A DNA stretch of 64,000 nucleotides from an uncultured Rikenella sp. (GTDB lineage Bacteria; Bacteroidota; Bacteroidia; Bacteroidales; VadinHA17): the NCBI GenBank assembly GCA_964621005.1, contig CAZUIF010000014.1, forward strand, positions 12,457-76,456. Reading direction: 5' to 3'. Below are positions 8,520 to 17,955 of this stretch, one piece after another. The notes under the pieces were generated by a model. The model had not been told where the DNA came from and searched no databases. It saw only the letters and a list, made by a program, of their open reading frames with translations. Numbering within the stretch: position 1 is the stretch's first letter; every line of letters begins with the position of its first letter. The position numbers and the translations under genes are program-made.

Positions 8520-10100
8520 TTATTCGTCTGCCTCTTTAACATTGAAGTCTGGCCTCGAAGCAACCCTGTATCCTGTAAGGAATCCGGCCTTCGATACCTT
8601 GACGAGCTTGTCAAAATCGATGAATTCAAAGTCGTCAGTCTGCCTGTGGTAATCCTGGTGCAATCCTGTAAAGAAGAAAAGCACGGGGATCTTCTTGCGG
8701 AAGAAGGGATAATGATCTGATCCTGAGAAATGGGTGCCCTTTCCTTCATCTATAGGGTAAACACCTGATTCCCTGCATGCCTGGGTTGCCATGGAGACCA
8801 GCTCCGGACAGTCGGCCCCATGTATGACTTTTATTGAATCCTTTCCCGTTATGTCAATTTCACCGCTGAGTGATGCCCCTACATCAGTGTCACGGCGTGA
8901 CCGCCCGATCATGTCAAAGTTGAGTGCAGCGACTGTTTTGTTAAGCGGGAAGGAAGGATTTTCAGTATAATAGGTTGAGCCGTGCAGTCCCTCTTCTTCG
9001 CCGGTAGCCCAGAGGAATATTGCACTCCTGGGAGGTTTCCGGGTGAGAGCAGAATAGGCAGCAGCTATGTTAAGCAATCCAACGCTTCCGGATGCATTGT
9101 CATTGGCGCCGTTGAACACATTCCCGGAAGCATCCTTGCCTACATGATCATAATGAGCGGTATATATTACTGCCTCATCCTTCAGAACCGGGTCAGATCC
9201 CTCAATGTACCCCACGACGTTGTAGCTTGTCACTGTATCCTTGACAACGTTGACCGCGATGTGAGTCCTGAGGTTCGGGATTACAAACGAAGCAGGCTTC
9301 CTGGAAGTTGCGATGCTGTCCTGCAGCTTCTTCAGGGTAAGTCCTGAGTTGCCCAGCATCCTGTCAGCTGTCTCTGTGGTGATTGCATAGGCATTTACCG
9401 AGAAGCTGAAAACCTGTTTCCTGAACAGTGGTGTGAGCTGGTAAGTTGAACCCATGGAAAGCAGATCTGAGGATATATCGGTTCCAAGTGCCGGGTCAGC
9501 CACAAAAAGGATTGCTTTCGCCTGCTGCAGCATTATCATCGGCAGCTTCCTGGCCTCGGTCATCTCACTTATGCCTGACCCCGGTGCAGGCATCCCGTTT
9601 CCCTTTATCTCAGGCATCCTGGTCATCACAATTACTACCCTGTCCTTGATACTTATCCCGGCCAGGTCATTGTATTTCTCCGACGAGTTCATGTACCCGT
9701 AACCGGCGAAGACCACTTCACCGTCAAGGCTGACTGTATCTCCGGGCGGCATCAGCGGCATGACATCTGCTGAACTTATGAAGCCGGAACTGCTGTCACG
9801 GAGTGTGATCTGAGACTCGCCAGGTACAATATTGGTTTTCAGATACCTGAGCGGCTGAAAGAGGTCATCACTGCCGGGTAGGGGGCGGAGGCCCAGCTTC
9901 AGGGCTTCTTCCTTAATGTATTCGGCAGCTGTGTTGTTTCCGTCGCTGCCTGTCCGTCTCCCTTCAAGGCTGTCCGAGGAAAGAAACAACATGTATGCTT
10001 CTGAATTCTTTACGGTGATGGCTTTGAGTGCCTCTTTCTGGGAATAGGATGGTAATGCCGCCAACAGTGCGGCTGCTACGATTGCAGGTTTAAGTCTCAT
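8520..10100 (-). CDS. Secreted M28-family aminopeptidase with PA domain
   Basis: ATG at 10100 gives MRLKPAIVAAALLAALPSYSQ (signal peptide); the longer ORF to 10160 is unlikely. M28 motifs: YTAHYDHVG, NDNASGSVGLL, ATGEEEGLHGS, LNFDMIG, SDHYPF. Confidence 0.85.
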   Translation of the reverse strand: MRLKPAIVAAALLAALPSYSQKEALKAITVKNSEAYMLFLSSDSLEGRRTGSDGNNTAAEYIKEEALKLGLRPLPGSDDLFQPLRYLKTNIVPGESQITLRDSSSGFISSADVMPLMPPGDTVSLDGEVVFAGYGYMNSSEKYNDLAGISIKDRVVIVMTRMPEIKGNGMPAPGSGISEMTEARKLPMIMLQQAKAILFVADPALGTDISSDLLSMGSTYQLTPLFRKQVFSFSVNAYAITTETADRMLGNSGLTLKKLQDSIATSRKPASFVIPNLRTHIAVNVVKDTVTSYNVVGYIEGSDPVLKDEAVIYTAHYDHVGKDASGNVFNGANDNASGSVGLLNIAAAYSALTRKPPRSAIFLWATGEEEGLHGSTYYTENPSFPLNKTVAALNFDMIGRSRRDTDVGASLSGEIDITGKDSIKVIHGADCPELVSMATQACRESGVYPIDEGKGTHFSGSDHYPFFRKKIPVLFFFTGLHQDYHRQTDDFEFIDFDKLVKVSKAGFLTGYRVASRPDFNVKEADE

Positions 10101-10193
10101 ACTTTCAATAGAGTCGTAAGATGCCCCAAAGTTACAAAAATGGAGAATCCGTTGTAACACACGGGAGTCAAATAGATTTTCGTCGGTCTGCCG

Positions 10194-11378
10194 TCATTCT
10201 GCCCTTAGGGTTATCAGCACTATCTCCGGGGGCATGAAAAACCTGGCTGCCATTCCCATTGAGCCAAGACCGGAGGTGACATAGAGGTGACTGCCCCTGA
10301 ATTCATAAATACCTTTCCAGCGCTCATGGACGAGGGATGCCGGAGACCAGATTTCGAACGGCAGAGCAGCCTGGAAACCGTGGGTATGGCCTGCGACGCT
10401 CAGCTGCGGGATGTTCCCCGAAACAGCTGACAGGAGCCATGACTCAGGATCATGGATCAGCAGTATCGTGAATAGCGAATCAGGCAGAGGCCCGAGCACC
10501 TTCTCAAAATTACCGTAATGCATATCAAGATGGTGCCCGTGAGTCTCCACACCGGCAATGACCATTGCTCTTCCCCTGTAAGTGACAGTAACTGCGGAGT
10601 CCCTGAGGAGAGTATAACCTGATGCTTCAATTTTCTCTTTTATCATTTCCCGGCACAGGGCACCGTACGCCTTATCGTAGGAGGGGTAATAAGTCCCGTC
10701 ATCATGATTCCCCTCCACCGCAAAGGATCCTGACTGCCCGGCAGCCTTTCGCAGTATCGTATCACTCGCGCCGAATTCAGGCCAGCCGTAGGTTATGAAG
10801 TCACCTGTATTCAGGACAAGGTCGGGTTTCTCTTCGGCAACCCTGATCATTGCCCTGTCAAGAAGATCATAGTTGCCCTGCCATGACGACAGATGCAGGT
10901 CAGAGATGAGGGCTATCTTAAGTCCCTCCAGTACAGGGTCCAGGCCCTGAATCTTCACCTCCTGCCTGACGAACCTGATGTCAAGCCGCTGGCGGAAGTA
11001 GCCGTCGGCTACAATAACCACTGCAAGGACGAAGATTATTGTTGTTATTAAAATGTTCCTGCTCCTCTTTTTAGCCCTCTTCTTCATGAAAGACCCGGCA
11101 AGCATGGCAATGAGAGTCAACAGGAGGCTGGTTCCTGCAGATGAAAGAAGGAGAAGAGCCATAGTCCCCATCTGTATCTGCCTGAAGGCATTTGCCGGCT
11201 CGGCAAACTCACCGCGATAAAGAATAATCCGGAAGAAGAGCGTAAGGAAAATCACGGTAACTGCCGACTTAAGAGACAGGACAGCCAGCTTCAGATATAT
11301 GTTCCTTCCCTTCAGCTCTTTGAGCAGAAGGTACCACAGAATCAGGTCCGAGAACAACAGTGCAGTATAAAGAAACAT
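10194..11378 (-). CDS. Membrane-anchored metallophosphoesterase (YkuE/calcineurin-like)
   Basis: About 4 N-terminal TM helices, then ISDLHLS, TGDFITYG, VEGNHD, GHTHG motifs. Confidence 0.85.
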   Translation of the reverse strand: MFLYTALLFSDLILWYLLLKELKGRNIYLKLAVLSLKSAVTVIFLTLFFRIILYRGEFAEPANAFRQIQMGTMALLLLSSAGTSLLLTLIAMLAGSFMKKRAKKRSRNILITTIIFVLAVVIVADGYFRQRLDIRFVRQEVKIQGLDPVLEGLKIALISDLHLSSWQGNYDLLDRAMIRVAEEKPDLVLNTGDFITYGWPEFGASDTILRKAAGQSGSFAVEGNHDDGTYYPSYDKAYGALCREMIKEKIEASGYTLLRDSAVTVTYRGRAMVIAGVETHGHHLDMHYGNFEKVLGPLPDSLFTILLIHDPESWLLSAVSGNIPQLSVAGHTHGFQAALPFEIWSPASLVHERWKGIYEFRGSHLYVTSGLGSMGMAARFFMPPEIVLITLRAE

Positions 11379-11455
11379 ACTTGCGGGTTTTGAACAAAAG
11401 TAACATTAAAGGGATAATCCGGTACCAAATTCTCTTTTTGATTTACTTTTACCGT

Positions 11456-11887
11456 ATGGTTACAGTTGAACTTGTTGATGGAAGTGTTGTCCCGCATCAT
11501 CTCTCCTATGTAGTGATTGCCGCCCGTCACAACGGAGGCTGGCTTTTTGTGAAGCACCGCAGGAGGGGAGGATGGGAGATGGCTGCCGGTCATCCTGAAC
11601 AGGGTGAAGGAAGCGTCGGGGCGGCGGTCAGGGAACTGACGGAAGAGACAGGTGCTCTTGATTTTGTGATGGTCCCGGTTACATACTATTGGGTTGATTC
11701 CGGGCAGGGGAGGCAGTATGGCCGGCTTTTCCTTGCAGAGGTTGAGACGCTCGGTGAGCTGACAGACAAGGCTGAAATTGAGGAGGCACGGATCTTCCGG
11801 CGGCTGCCGCGAAGTCTCTCACTTCCGGAGGTGATGTCATTCCTGTATGGGGTAGCGAGACAACATGCCAGGGGACTGAGAGTCTGA
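11456..11887 (+). CDS. NUDIX hydrolase
   Basis: Nudix box GGWEMAAGHPEQGEGSVGAAVRELTEETG. I prefer the ATG at 11456 (MVTVELVDG), because the ORF start at 11360 would overlap the divergent gene. Confidence 0.8.
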   Translation: MVTVELVDGSVVPHHLSYVVIAARHNGGWLFVKHRRRGGWEMAAGHPEQGEGSVGAAVRELTEETGALDFVMVPVTYYWVDSGQGRQYGRLFLAEVETLGELTDKAEIEEARIFRRLPRSLSLPEVMSFLYGVARQHARGLRV

Positions 11888-11897
11888 TTGTAAAGTT

Positions 11898-12000
11898 TTC
11901 AGTCTTCAGTCAGCAGAAGCCTGCTGGACTTAATGACAGAATAATAGCCCAATAACTGCCTGCTGATACTGCCTACTGCCGGCTGGCACTGCCAACTGGT
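11898..12000. repeat. Heptamer-word repeat cluster plus hairpin downstream of the NUDIX gene
   Basis: TTCAGTC x2 (11898-11911). Hairpin CAGCAG-AAGC-CTGCTG (11911-11926). Then AACTGCC..TACTGCC-TACTGCC..CACTGCC-AACTGGT (11954-12000). Confidence 0.75.
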
Positions 12001-12020
12001 CCGGCAAATTGCCATCTTTA

Positions 12021-13235
12021 TCAAATATAATCGATGGATACCTGCTTCATCCACTTGTCCTCCAGTATCCGGGCTATCCGCTTGACAACGGTACGCCGGA
12101 TCTCCAGGTCTACCGGAAGGGTCGGATCCTGGTGAGCCACATTGATGCGGGTACCTACCAGGAAGTTGATCTCGTCACTCTCCATTATCATTCTGACGAT
12201 CTTGTCTGCAGGTCCCTTGCCCAGCTTGACGCTGTTCCTGTATCCCTTGACCAGCTCATTTACCTTCTGCAGCGTCAGTATACCCTCGGTCACCAGGTCA
12301 ACACCCTCCATGAAGCTCTCGGGCGGAAGGTCAGGGTCCTCGAATATCAGCTCGTCAACTATCTTTCGGTTCAGCTCACGGGCCACGATATCAGCCGTTG
12401 TGCCGCCGCAAAGTATCACCTTTCCATTGTATCCGGTCACGCTTTCAGCGAGTTTCTTGTCCTTCTCCTCCTCGTAGGGAGGGCCTGTACATATGAGCAG
12501 CTTCCGCGGCTCCCTGAAATAGAGTATGGCACATGAGATATCGTCCTTTGCCTCGTAGTTGTCATGCTTATAGGCCATGTTCACTATCTTGGCGGCAAGG
12601 GTTGAAGCCGATATGGAGGGTTCGTTGGCAACCAGCGAGACAGCATATTGCTGAACGTTGTCGCGTTCCCATCCCAGTGGCCAGGCCGGTGATCCCATAC
12701 CGCTCTGGGCAACGCCGTCCGAAAGAAGTATTATCCTGTCTTCCTTGGCAGGGTAGAATGTGCACTTGTGCAGCCGCTTGCCGGCATTCCTCCCCTTGTC
12801 AAGAACCACATCCCTCCAGTCGGGTTCAAAGGGCTGGTTCCCTCTCAGGATGATGCAGCGAGGGTTGTCATACTCAAGTATGTTTGCCCTGCCGTCATTC
12901 TCAATGTCAACTATCGAAAAGGTGGCATAGCTGATCTTCCTCTCGGAACAGATTGGGAGTGTATTCATTATGATCTCCGCAATCCGGTCCGGCTCCTTGT
13001 GTTCACGGGTGAAGTTGAGAGCCATCGTAGAGGTGAGGGTGGCAAGTATATTGGCCTTGACCCCGTGTCCCATGCCGTCAGACAGAACGGTTATGATGCG
13101 GTTCTCCTCGCGTACGTTCTCTGACAGCAAGACATCACCGCAGATACGCTCATCGTGATGGTTGCGCTGCTGGCTGTTGACTTCGATGAAGAACTGCCTT
13201 TCCGTTATCGGGTTCGTGCTACTTTCCGGCTGCAT
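12021..13235 (-). CDS. PP2C/SpoIIE-family serine phosphatase with an uncharacterised C-terminal domain
   Basis: CGDVLL...ITVLSDGMGHGVKANILATL and ILLSDGV motifs. The ATG at 13235 (MQPESST) is preferred over the TTG at 13262. It overlaps the upstream sensory hydrogenase gene by 17 nt. Confidence 0.8.
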   Translation of the reverse strand: MQPESSTNPITERQFFIEVNSQQRNHHDERICGDVLLSENVREENRIITVLSDGMGHGVKANILATLTSTMALNFTREHKEPDRIAEIIMNTLPICSERKISYATFSIVDIENDGRANILEYDNPRCIILRGNQPFEPDWRDVVLDKGRNAGKRLHKCTFYPAKEDRIILLSDGVAQSGMGSPAWPLGWERDNVQQYAVSLVANEPSISASTLAAKIVNMAYKHDNYEAKDDISCAILYFREPRKLLICTGPPYEEEKDKKLAESVTGYNGKVILCGGTTADIVARELNRKIVDELIFEDPDLPPESFMEGVDLVTEGILTLQKVNELVKGYRNSVKLGKGPADKIVRMIMESDEINFLVGTRINVAHQDPTLPVDLEIRRTVVKRIARILEDKWMKQVSIDYI

Positions 13236-15096
13236 TCTTCTTCTGACGGAAAGATTCGACAATGGAATTGAGCATCTTCTCGGTCTCTGAGGCTCCCTCC
13301 CCGAGGAGGAAACCTATCTTCTGAACCATCTCAAGGTTCTTGTCAATGACGTCTGAGACCCTGGTTATCACCTCCTCACGCTGCACTTCCGGCGAAAACA
13401 GGTCGCGTATCACCGCCCCGGCAATCCTGTTCTGCCTTATAGGGAAGATCGAAATGTTGAACATCCGGTCTTCCAGTTGTACATCACGGCTGATAACCGA
13501 TTCGTTTTCGCGCAGAACGAAGGAGAAAATATTGTAGACGTTGAAAGGCAGCAGTGTCTTCAGGTCAGCCCCGCGCAGTCCCGGGATAATCTCGGCAATA
13601 GCCTTTGCATCTTCACCTATTATTTCAAGGAAACGGGCATTCGACTGGAGTATTTTCAGTTCGTTGTCAACTATCACCACCCCGTTGGGCAGCTTGTTGA
13701 GCATGCTGTTCATGGTTTCGGAGGCATCCTGGGCTGCATCCTTCTCGCGCATGGCCTGTTCCTCTGACTCCTTCAGCGCCTTCTTGGTCTCTGAGAGCTT
13801 TTTGTTCGTCTGCCTGAGAGTCTCAATGTATTCCTGCTTGTTTCGCAGGTTATATGTATGGCACATCTCCGGCACGGCCAGACCCTTCGCCACGGTGGCG
13901 GCAAACTCGCGGCACGACCCGTAACCGCAGGCATTGCAGTTGAGCTCTTCGGCCCGGTTATCCTTGCCGATGATTTTCAGCACCTCAACGATAGCCTCCG
14001 GAGAGGGCTCCGGGATACGCTGGTCATTGACGGTGAAACGGCGCGTGAGGTCAAGCTTCGACCACCGTTCCATATCCTTCTTCCACTGTTCCTTGTCAAG
14101 TGACTCAACCCGTTTTTCAGCGTACTGTTTAACAAGGGAGCGGCGCCTGAACCGCTCGTCATGCCGGATCATGCCAGGCCCGAGCATGCAGCCCGGACAG
14201 AAGAAGAGGTTGAAATGGTGCCTGATCGTGTCAATATGATCGTCGAAGTCGCTGATGGCCTCCTTCACATCCTCAGACCCTGAGGCAGTGATAACATGGC
14301 TTGATACAATGTCGCGCTTGATCCCTGCCGCCTGCAGGATGCCGGCAGGGTAGGGGTATAAGGCACCCCAGTTGCCGAAGGGAGGATCAAACTCGGCCAT
14401 CTTGACAGTCTTTTCCTGTATTTCGTTTTCTTCGAAGAGCTGCCTGATCTCAATAAAGGTCAAGACAGCCTCAACAAGGTTTTTCTCACTGTATAGGGCT
14501 GCTTCAGCCTTGATGTCTATGCACGGCCCGATAAAGACGTTGGCCACATCCCCGCCGTACAGATCACGCGTCACCATTGCCGTGGCAACCATAGGGGAGG
14601 CCAGCGGCGCAAGGTTGGGAACCAGGTGCGGGTGGTACTTTTCTATCATCTCAACTATTGAGGGGCAGTTCGATGTGATATAATACTTGCCGCTCGACTC
14701 CTCGAAGAGCTTCCGGTACTCATAGGCCACAAGGTCAACACCAAAGGAGACCTCATGGACATACGTGAATCCCAGGCTTCGGATCATTCCGACGAATTTG
14801 CGGTAGTCGGTAATGTCATCAAATTCCGAAGCAATGCTGGGCGCAATAAGGGCTGCTGTAGGGCGGCCCGACTGCAGTAACTGCCTTACCCGGGAACGGG
14901 AATCACTGAACTCGATCGCTCTTGGGGAACATGCCAGGAAACAGAGCCCGCAACCTATGCACCTGTCAGCAATGATTACCGGGTGAGCCCTCTCGGGCCT
15001 GACCTCAATTGCATTTACAGGACATACCCTTACACAGGAATAAGAGTTGCGGCACTTTTCCTCATTTATATAAATTACCTGGTCAGGTATATTCAT
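13219..15096 (-). CDS. hydS: Sensory-type [FeFe]-hydrogenase-like protein with C-terminal PAS domain (HydS / HfsB-like, phosphatase-linked)
   Basis: N-terminal ferredoxin-like Cys motifs. H-domain motifs TSNCPS (L1), GPCIDIKAE (L2), FFCPGCMLGPG (L3). Extra CNACGYGSC-x16-C (Cx2Cx4Cx16C). Coiled coil, then PAS (LPNGVVIVDNELKILQSNARFLEIIG). Confidence 0.8.
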   Translation of the reverse strand: MNIPDQVIYINEEKCRNSYSCVRVCPVNAIEVRPERAHPVIIADRCIGCGLCFLACSPRAIEFSDSRSRVRQLLQSGRPTAALIAPSIASEFDDITDYRKFVGMIRSLGFTYVHEVSFGVDLVAYEYRKLFEESSGKYYITSNCPSIVEMIEKYHPHLVPNLAPLASPMVATAMVTRDLYGGDVANVFIGPCIDIKAEAALYSEKNLVEAVLTFIEIRQLFEENEIQEKTVKMAEFDPPFGNWGALYPYPAGILQAAGIKRDIVSSHVITASGSEDVKEAISDFDDHIDTIRHHFNLFFCPGCMLGPGMIRHDERFRRRSLVKQYAEKRVESLDKEQWKKDMERWSKLDLTRRFTVNDQRIPEPSPEAIVEVLKIIGKDNRAEELNCNACGYGSCREFAATVAKGLAVPEMCHTYNLRNKQEYIETLRQTNKKLSETKKALKESEEQAMREKDAAQDASETMNSMLNKLPNGVVIVDNELKILQSNARFLEIIGEDAKAIAEIIPGLRGADLKTLLPFNVYNIFSFVLRENESVISRDVQLEDRMFNISIFPIRQNRIAGAVIRDLFSPEVQREEVITRVSDVIDKNLEMVQKIGFLLGEGASETEKMLNSIVESFRQKKNAAGK

Positions 15097-15124
15097 AATC
15101 AGTTAATTAATTTGTTGTTCCGGG

Positions 15125-15382
15125 CTAAACAAGCTCTTTTTCCAGGATCTTCTCTATATCCTGTACGCCGATACCTGTAAATGTCTTCCCGTTGATAATT
15201 ATAAATGGACCCTCGCTGCACCGGTTCATGCAGCGTGCACCCCTGAGAACCACTTTGTCATCAAGGTGATTTTTTCTCAGAAAATCCCTGATGACCTGTA
15301 CTACCTCCCTGTTACCTCTTGAAAAACAAGAGCTTCCAAGGCAAATTTCAATGTTGTACGATTGTCCCAACACCCTTTGCAT
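15125..15382 (-). CDS. Thioredoxin-like [2Fe-2S] ferredoxin (HfsA-like)
   Basis: ICLGSSCFSRGN ... ARCMNRCSEGPFII (Cx4C...Cx3C). The ATG at 15382 is preferred; the ORF track start at 15400 is a TTG. Confidence 0.7.
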   Translation of the reverse strand: MQRVLGQSYNIEICLGSSCFSRGNREVVQVIRDFLRKNHLDDKVVLRGARCMNRCSEGPFIIINGKTFTGIGVQDIEKILEKELV

Positions 15383-15454
15383 TAGTTCATACTCACTCAA
15401 AAGTACAACAATTTACAACGCACTCACCTCCAAAAAGCTAATTTGAAATGTTAT

Positions 15455-15472
15455 TTGTTAATAAAATAACAA
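15455..15472. promoter_or_regulatory. Candidate Rex operator in the divergent hydrogenase promoter region
   Basis: TTGTTAATAAAATAACAA has palindromic half-sites TTGTTA/TAACAA and is close to the reported Rex consensus TTGTKAAnnnnTTMACAA. It is nested in the larger inverted repeat TGTTATTT(15449-15456)/AAATAACA(15464-15471), with a further AAATAACAAT copy at 15481-15490. Confidence 0.5.
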
Positions 15473-15499
15473 TGTTTTTGAAATAACAATAAAAATCTA

Positions 15500-15507
15500 T
15501 AGCTTTG
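15500..15507 (+). promoter_or_regulatory. Candidate -7 promoter box (TAnnTTTG) for the hydCBA operon
   Basis: TAGCTTTG lies 32 nt upstream of the ATG at 15539. The Rex-like box lies where a -33 element would be. Confidence 0.4.
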
Positions 15508-15538
15508 TATTTCTCTGAAAAGTCAGATCATTTTTAAA

Positions 15539-16006
15539 ATGAGTAAGATAGATGATATTCTGAGCCGTTACAGGGAGGGCAGTCATGAGAACCTGATACC
15601 CATCCTCCAGGATGTCCAGGAGGCGGAGGGATATCTCTCTGAGAGTGCCATAGTGCAGATTGGCAGTTTCCTCAGGATGTCAACCACAAAGATTTACGGC
15701 CTGGCCACCTTTTATGACCGTTTCAGGTTTATTCCGGCAGGAAGGGTGCACATGCGGATCTGTAACGGTACCACCTGTTTCATTAACGGTTCTGCGGCGG
15801 TGGTTGCAGCGGTCAGGGATACACTTGGCATTGACCCGGGGCAGACAACCCGTGACGGCAGGTTCAGCTATGAACTGACTGCCTGCCAGGGTGGATGCAA
15901 CGACAGCCCCGTTGTATGCGTTGGCGGGAACTATTTTACACGCCTGCGTCCTGAGGATGTCCCTGAACTCATTACCAAACTTAAAGCACTGGCGGACCTT
16001 AAATGA
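15539..16006 (+). CDS. hydC: NuoE-like [2Fe-2S] subunit of an NAD(P)H-linked hydrogenase (HydC/HndA-like)
   Basis: 155 aa. LIPILQDVQ, CNGTTCFINGS and CQGGCNDSPVV motifs. 4-nt overlap with the next gene. Confidence 0.85.
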   Translation: MSKIDDILSRYREGSHENLIPILQDVQEAEGYLSESAIVQIGSFLRMSTTKIYGLATFYDRFRFIPAGRVHMRICNGTTCFINGSAAVVAAVRDTLGIDPGQTTRDGRFSYELTACQGGCNDSPVVCVGGNYFTRLRPEDVPELITKLKALADLK

Positions 16007-17952
16007 AACAGATCGCAGATTACGGCACGAAGGAATTCCTTATCAGGGAGGTGTTGCTTCACGGCTCTGACAGCCTGCCTGCCGGGACAGTGGGGAGGCT
16101 TGCTGAAATACGCCGCGACAAACCTTCAGCGCCGGTTATTTATGTTGCTTCAGGCTCGGCTGCAATCATTGCCGGAGCCAATGCTACTGCCATGGCTGCC
16201 GTTCAGTGGCTTGAGGAAATGGGAATAAACGGAGAGGTGGTACGAACAGGCTGCCAGGGACCTGCCGCCTTCGAGCCCCTTGTCTGTGTCCACATTCCGG
16301 GTAAGAATAAGCTGATATTCAGGAATATATCCGAGGATAAGGTGGAGCCGCTGCTCAACGGCGTCTTCCATAAGGACATGCCGGCGGAGGATCTCGTGGC
16401 CCAGTCGGGAAACACCGGATTCGAGGCATGGCATGATATTCCCTTCCTTGAGGAGGTGCCATTCTTCAGGATGCAGAAGAGGGTGGTACTGGGCAATTGC
16501 GGCTGGTATGATCCTGAGAGCATTGAGGAATACATAGCCCGCGGAGGTTACCGTACCTTTCTCAAGACCATACGCAATTACACCCATGAGGAGGTTTGTG
16601 ACATCATTGAGCGCAGCGGTCTGAGGGGACGCAGCGGCGGCGGCTTCAATACCGGACTGAAATGGAAATATGCACTTAACTCGGCCTCGGACAACAGGTT
16701 TCTTATCTGCAACGCCAAGGAGAGTGACCCCGGATCATACGCTGACAGGTCGGTGATGGAGGGCGATCCGCACCGTCTGATAGAAGGGATATGCATTGCC
16801 TCCTACGCCATAGGTGCTTCCAGCGCCGTCATCTACCTCAAGACCGGATCGCCCCACCCGCTGGCACGTCTGCGAAAGGCCCTCGCCGCCGCCGCCGACT
16901 ACGGCATTACCGGACATAATATCCTTTCCAGTGGCTTTAACCTCGAGATAATGATCAGGGAAGAGGCAGGAGCCTTCGTATGCGGTGAGGAAACCGCACT
17001 GATAGCTTCCCTCGAAGGCAAGCGGGGCATGCCTGAACTTAAACCCCCGTATCCCACAACAAGCGGCCTCTTCGGCAAACCGACCGTCATCAACAACGTG
17101 GAGACGCTGATGAATGTTCCGCTTATCATGTCACATGGCCCGGAATGGTTCCGCGCCATGGGGACAGAAGGAAGCAAGGGAACCAAACTGTTCTCCCTCG
17201 GCGGAAGAGGCCGTTATACGGGCCTGATAGAAGTGGAGATGGGTACCACCTTCCGGACTATCTCCGAAGGAATAGCCGATGGCATTAGGGATGGAAAGGC
17301 GTTCAAGACCATGCAGATAGGAGGTCCGTCGGGTACCTTCATCACAGAAAATAACCTTGACCTGCCAGTCGATTTCGATGTACTCCGGGACAACGGAATA
17401 GCCATGGGTTCCGGCGGGCTTATTATAATTGACGAAACCACCTGCCTGGTCGATTTCGTACGGTATTACATGGAGTTCATCCACAAGGAGAGCTGCGGCA
17501 AATGCATCCCATGCCGTGAAGGTACGGGCCGTATGCTCGAGATCCTTGAGAATGTGGTTCGGAAGCCTCACAATGAGGACTCAAATGCCACCCTCGAGAG
17601 GTTCAAGGGTGTGATGCAGCTTGAGACAATTGCCTCGGTGATGAAGGACACTTCGCTCTGCGGGCTTGGCCAGACGGCTCCCAACCCTTTCATCAGCGCA
17701 CTTGCCAACTACCGTGAGGAGTTTGAGGAGCATATCTTTGACCGCCGTTGCCGTGCCAATGTTTGCCGGGGACTCAGGACCTTCAGCATCGATGTCGAGA
17801 AGTGCACCGGTTGTACTGTATGTGCCGCCAAATGCCCGGTAAACGCCATCTACGGCACCCGGCTCCAGCCTTTCTTCATCGTGGAGGACAAATGCATCGG
17901 GTGCGGGGTCTGCCATGATGTATGCAAGTTCAGTGCCGTTACAGTAAAATAA
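16003..17952 (+). CDS. hydB: NuoF-like flavoprotein subunit (HydB/HndC-like) with N-terminal thioredoxin-like domain and C-terminal 2x[4Fe-4S]
   Basis: GRSGGGFNTGLKWKY (FMN site), CNAKESDPGSYADRS (NADH site), ESCGKCIPCREGT (N3 cluster), CTGCTVCAAKCP and CIGCGVCHDVC. The N-terminal domain keeps only 1-2 of the expected cluster Cys. Confidence 0.85.
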   Translation: MKQIADYGTKEFLIREVLLHGSDSLPAGTVGRLAEIRRDKPSAPVIYVASGSAAIIAGANATAMAAVQWLEEMGINGEVVRTGCQGPAAFEPLVCVHIPGKNKLIFRNISEDKVEPLLNGVFHKDMPAEDLVAQSGNTGFEAWHDIPFLEEVPFFRMQKRVVLGNCGWYDPESIEEYIARGGYRTFLKTIRNYTHEEVCDIIERSGLRGRSGGGFNTGLKWKYALNSASDNRFLICNAKESDPGSYADRSVMEGDPHRLIEGICIASYAIGASSAVIYLKTGSPHPLARLRKALAAAADYGITGHNILSSGFNLEIMIREEAGAFVCGEETALIASLEGKRGMPELKPPYPTTSGLFGKPTVINNVETLMNVPLIMSHGPEWFRAMGTEGSKGTKLFSLGGRGRYTGLIEVEMGTTFRTISEGIADGIRDGKAFKTMQIGGPSGTFITENNLDLPVDFDVLRDNGIAMGSGGLIIIDETTCLVDFVRYYMEFIHKESCGKCIPCREGTGRMLEILENVVRKPHNEDSNATLERFKGVMQLETIASVMKDTSLCGLGQTAPNPFISALANYREEFEEHIFDRRCRANVCRGLRTFSIDVEKCTGCTVCAAKCPVNAIYGTRLQPFFIVEDKCIGCGVCHDVCKFSAVTVK

Positions 17953-17955
17953 GCC

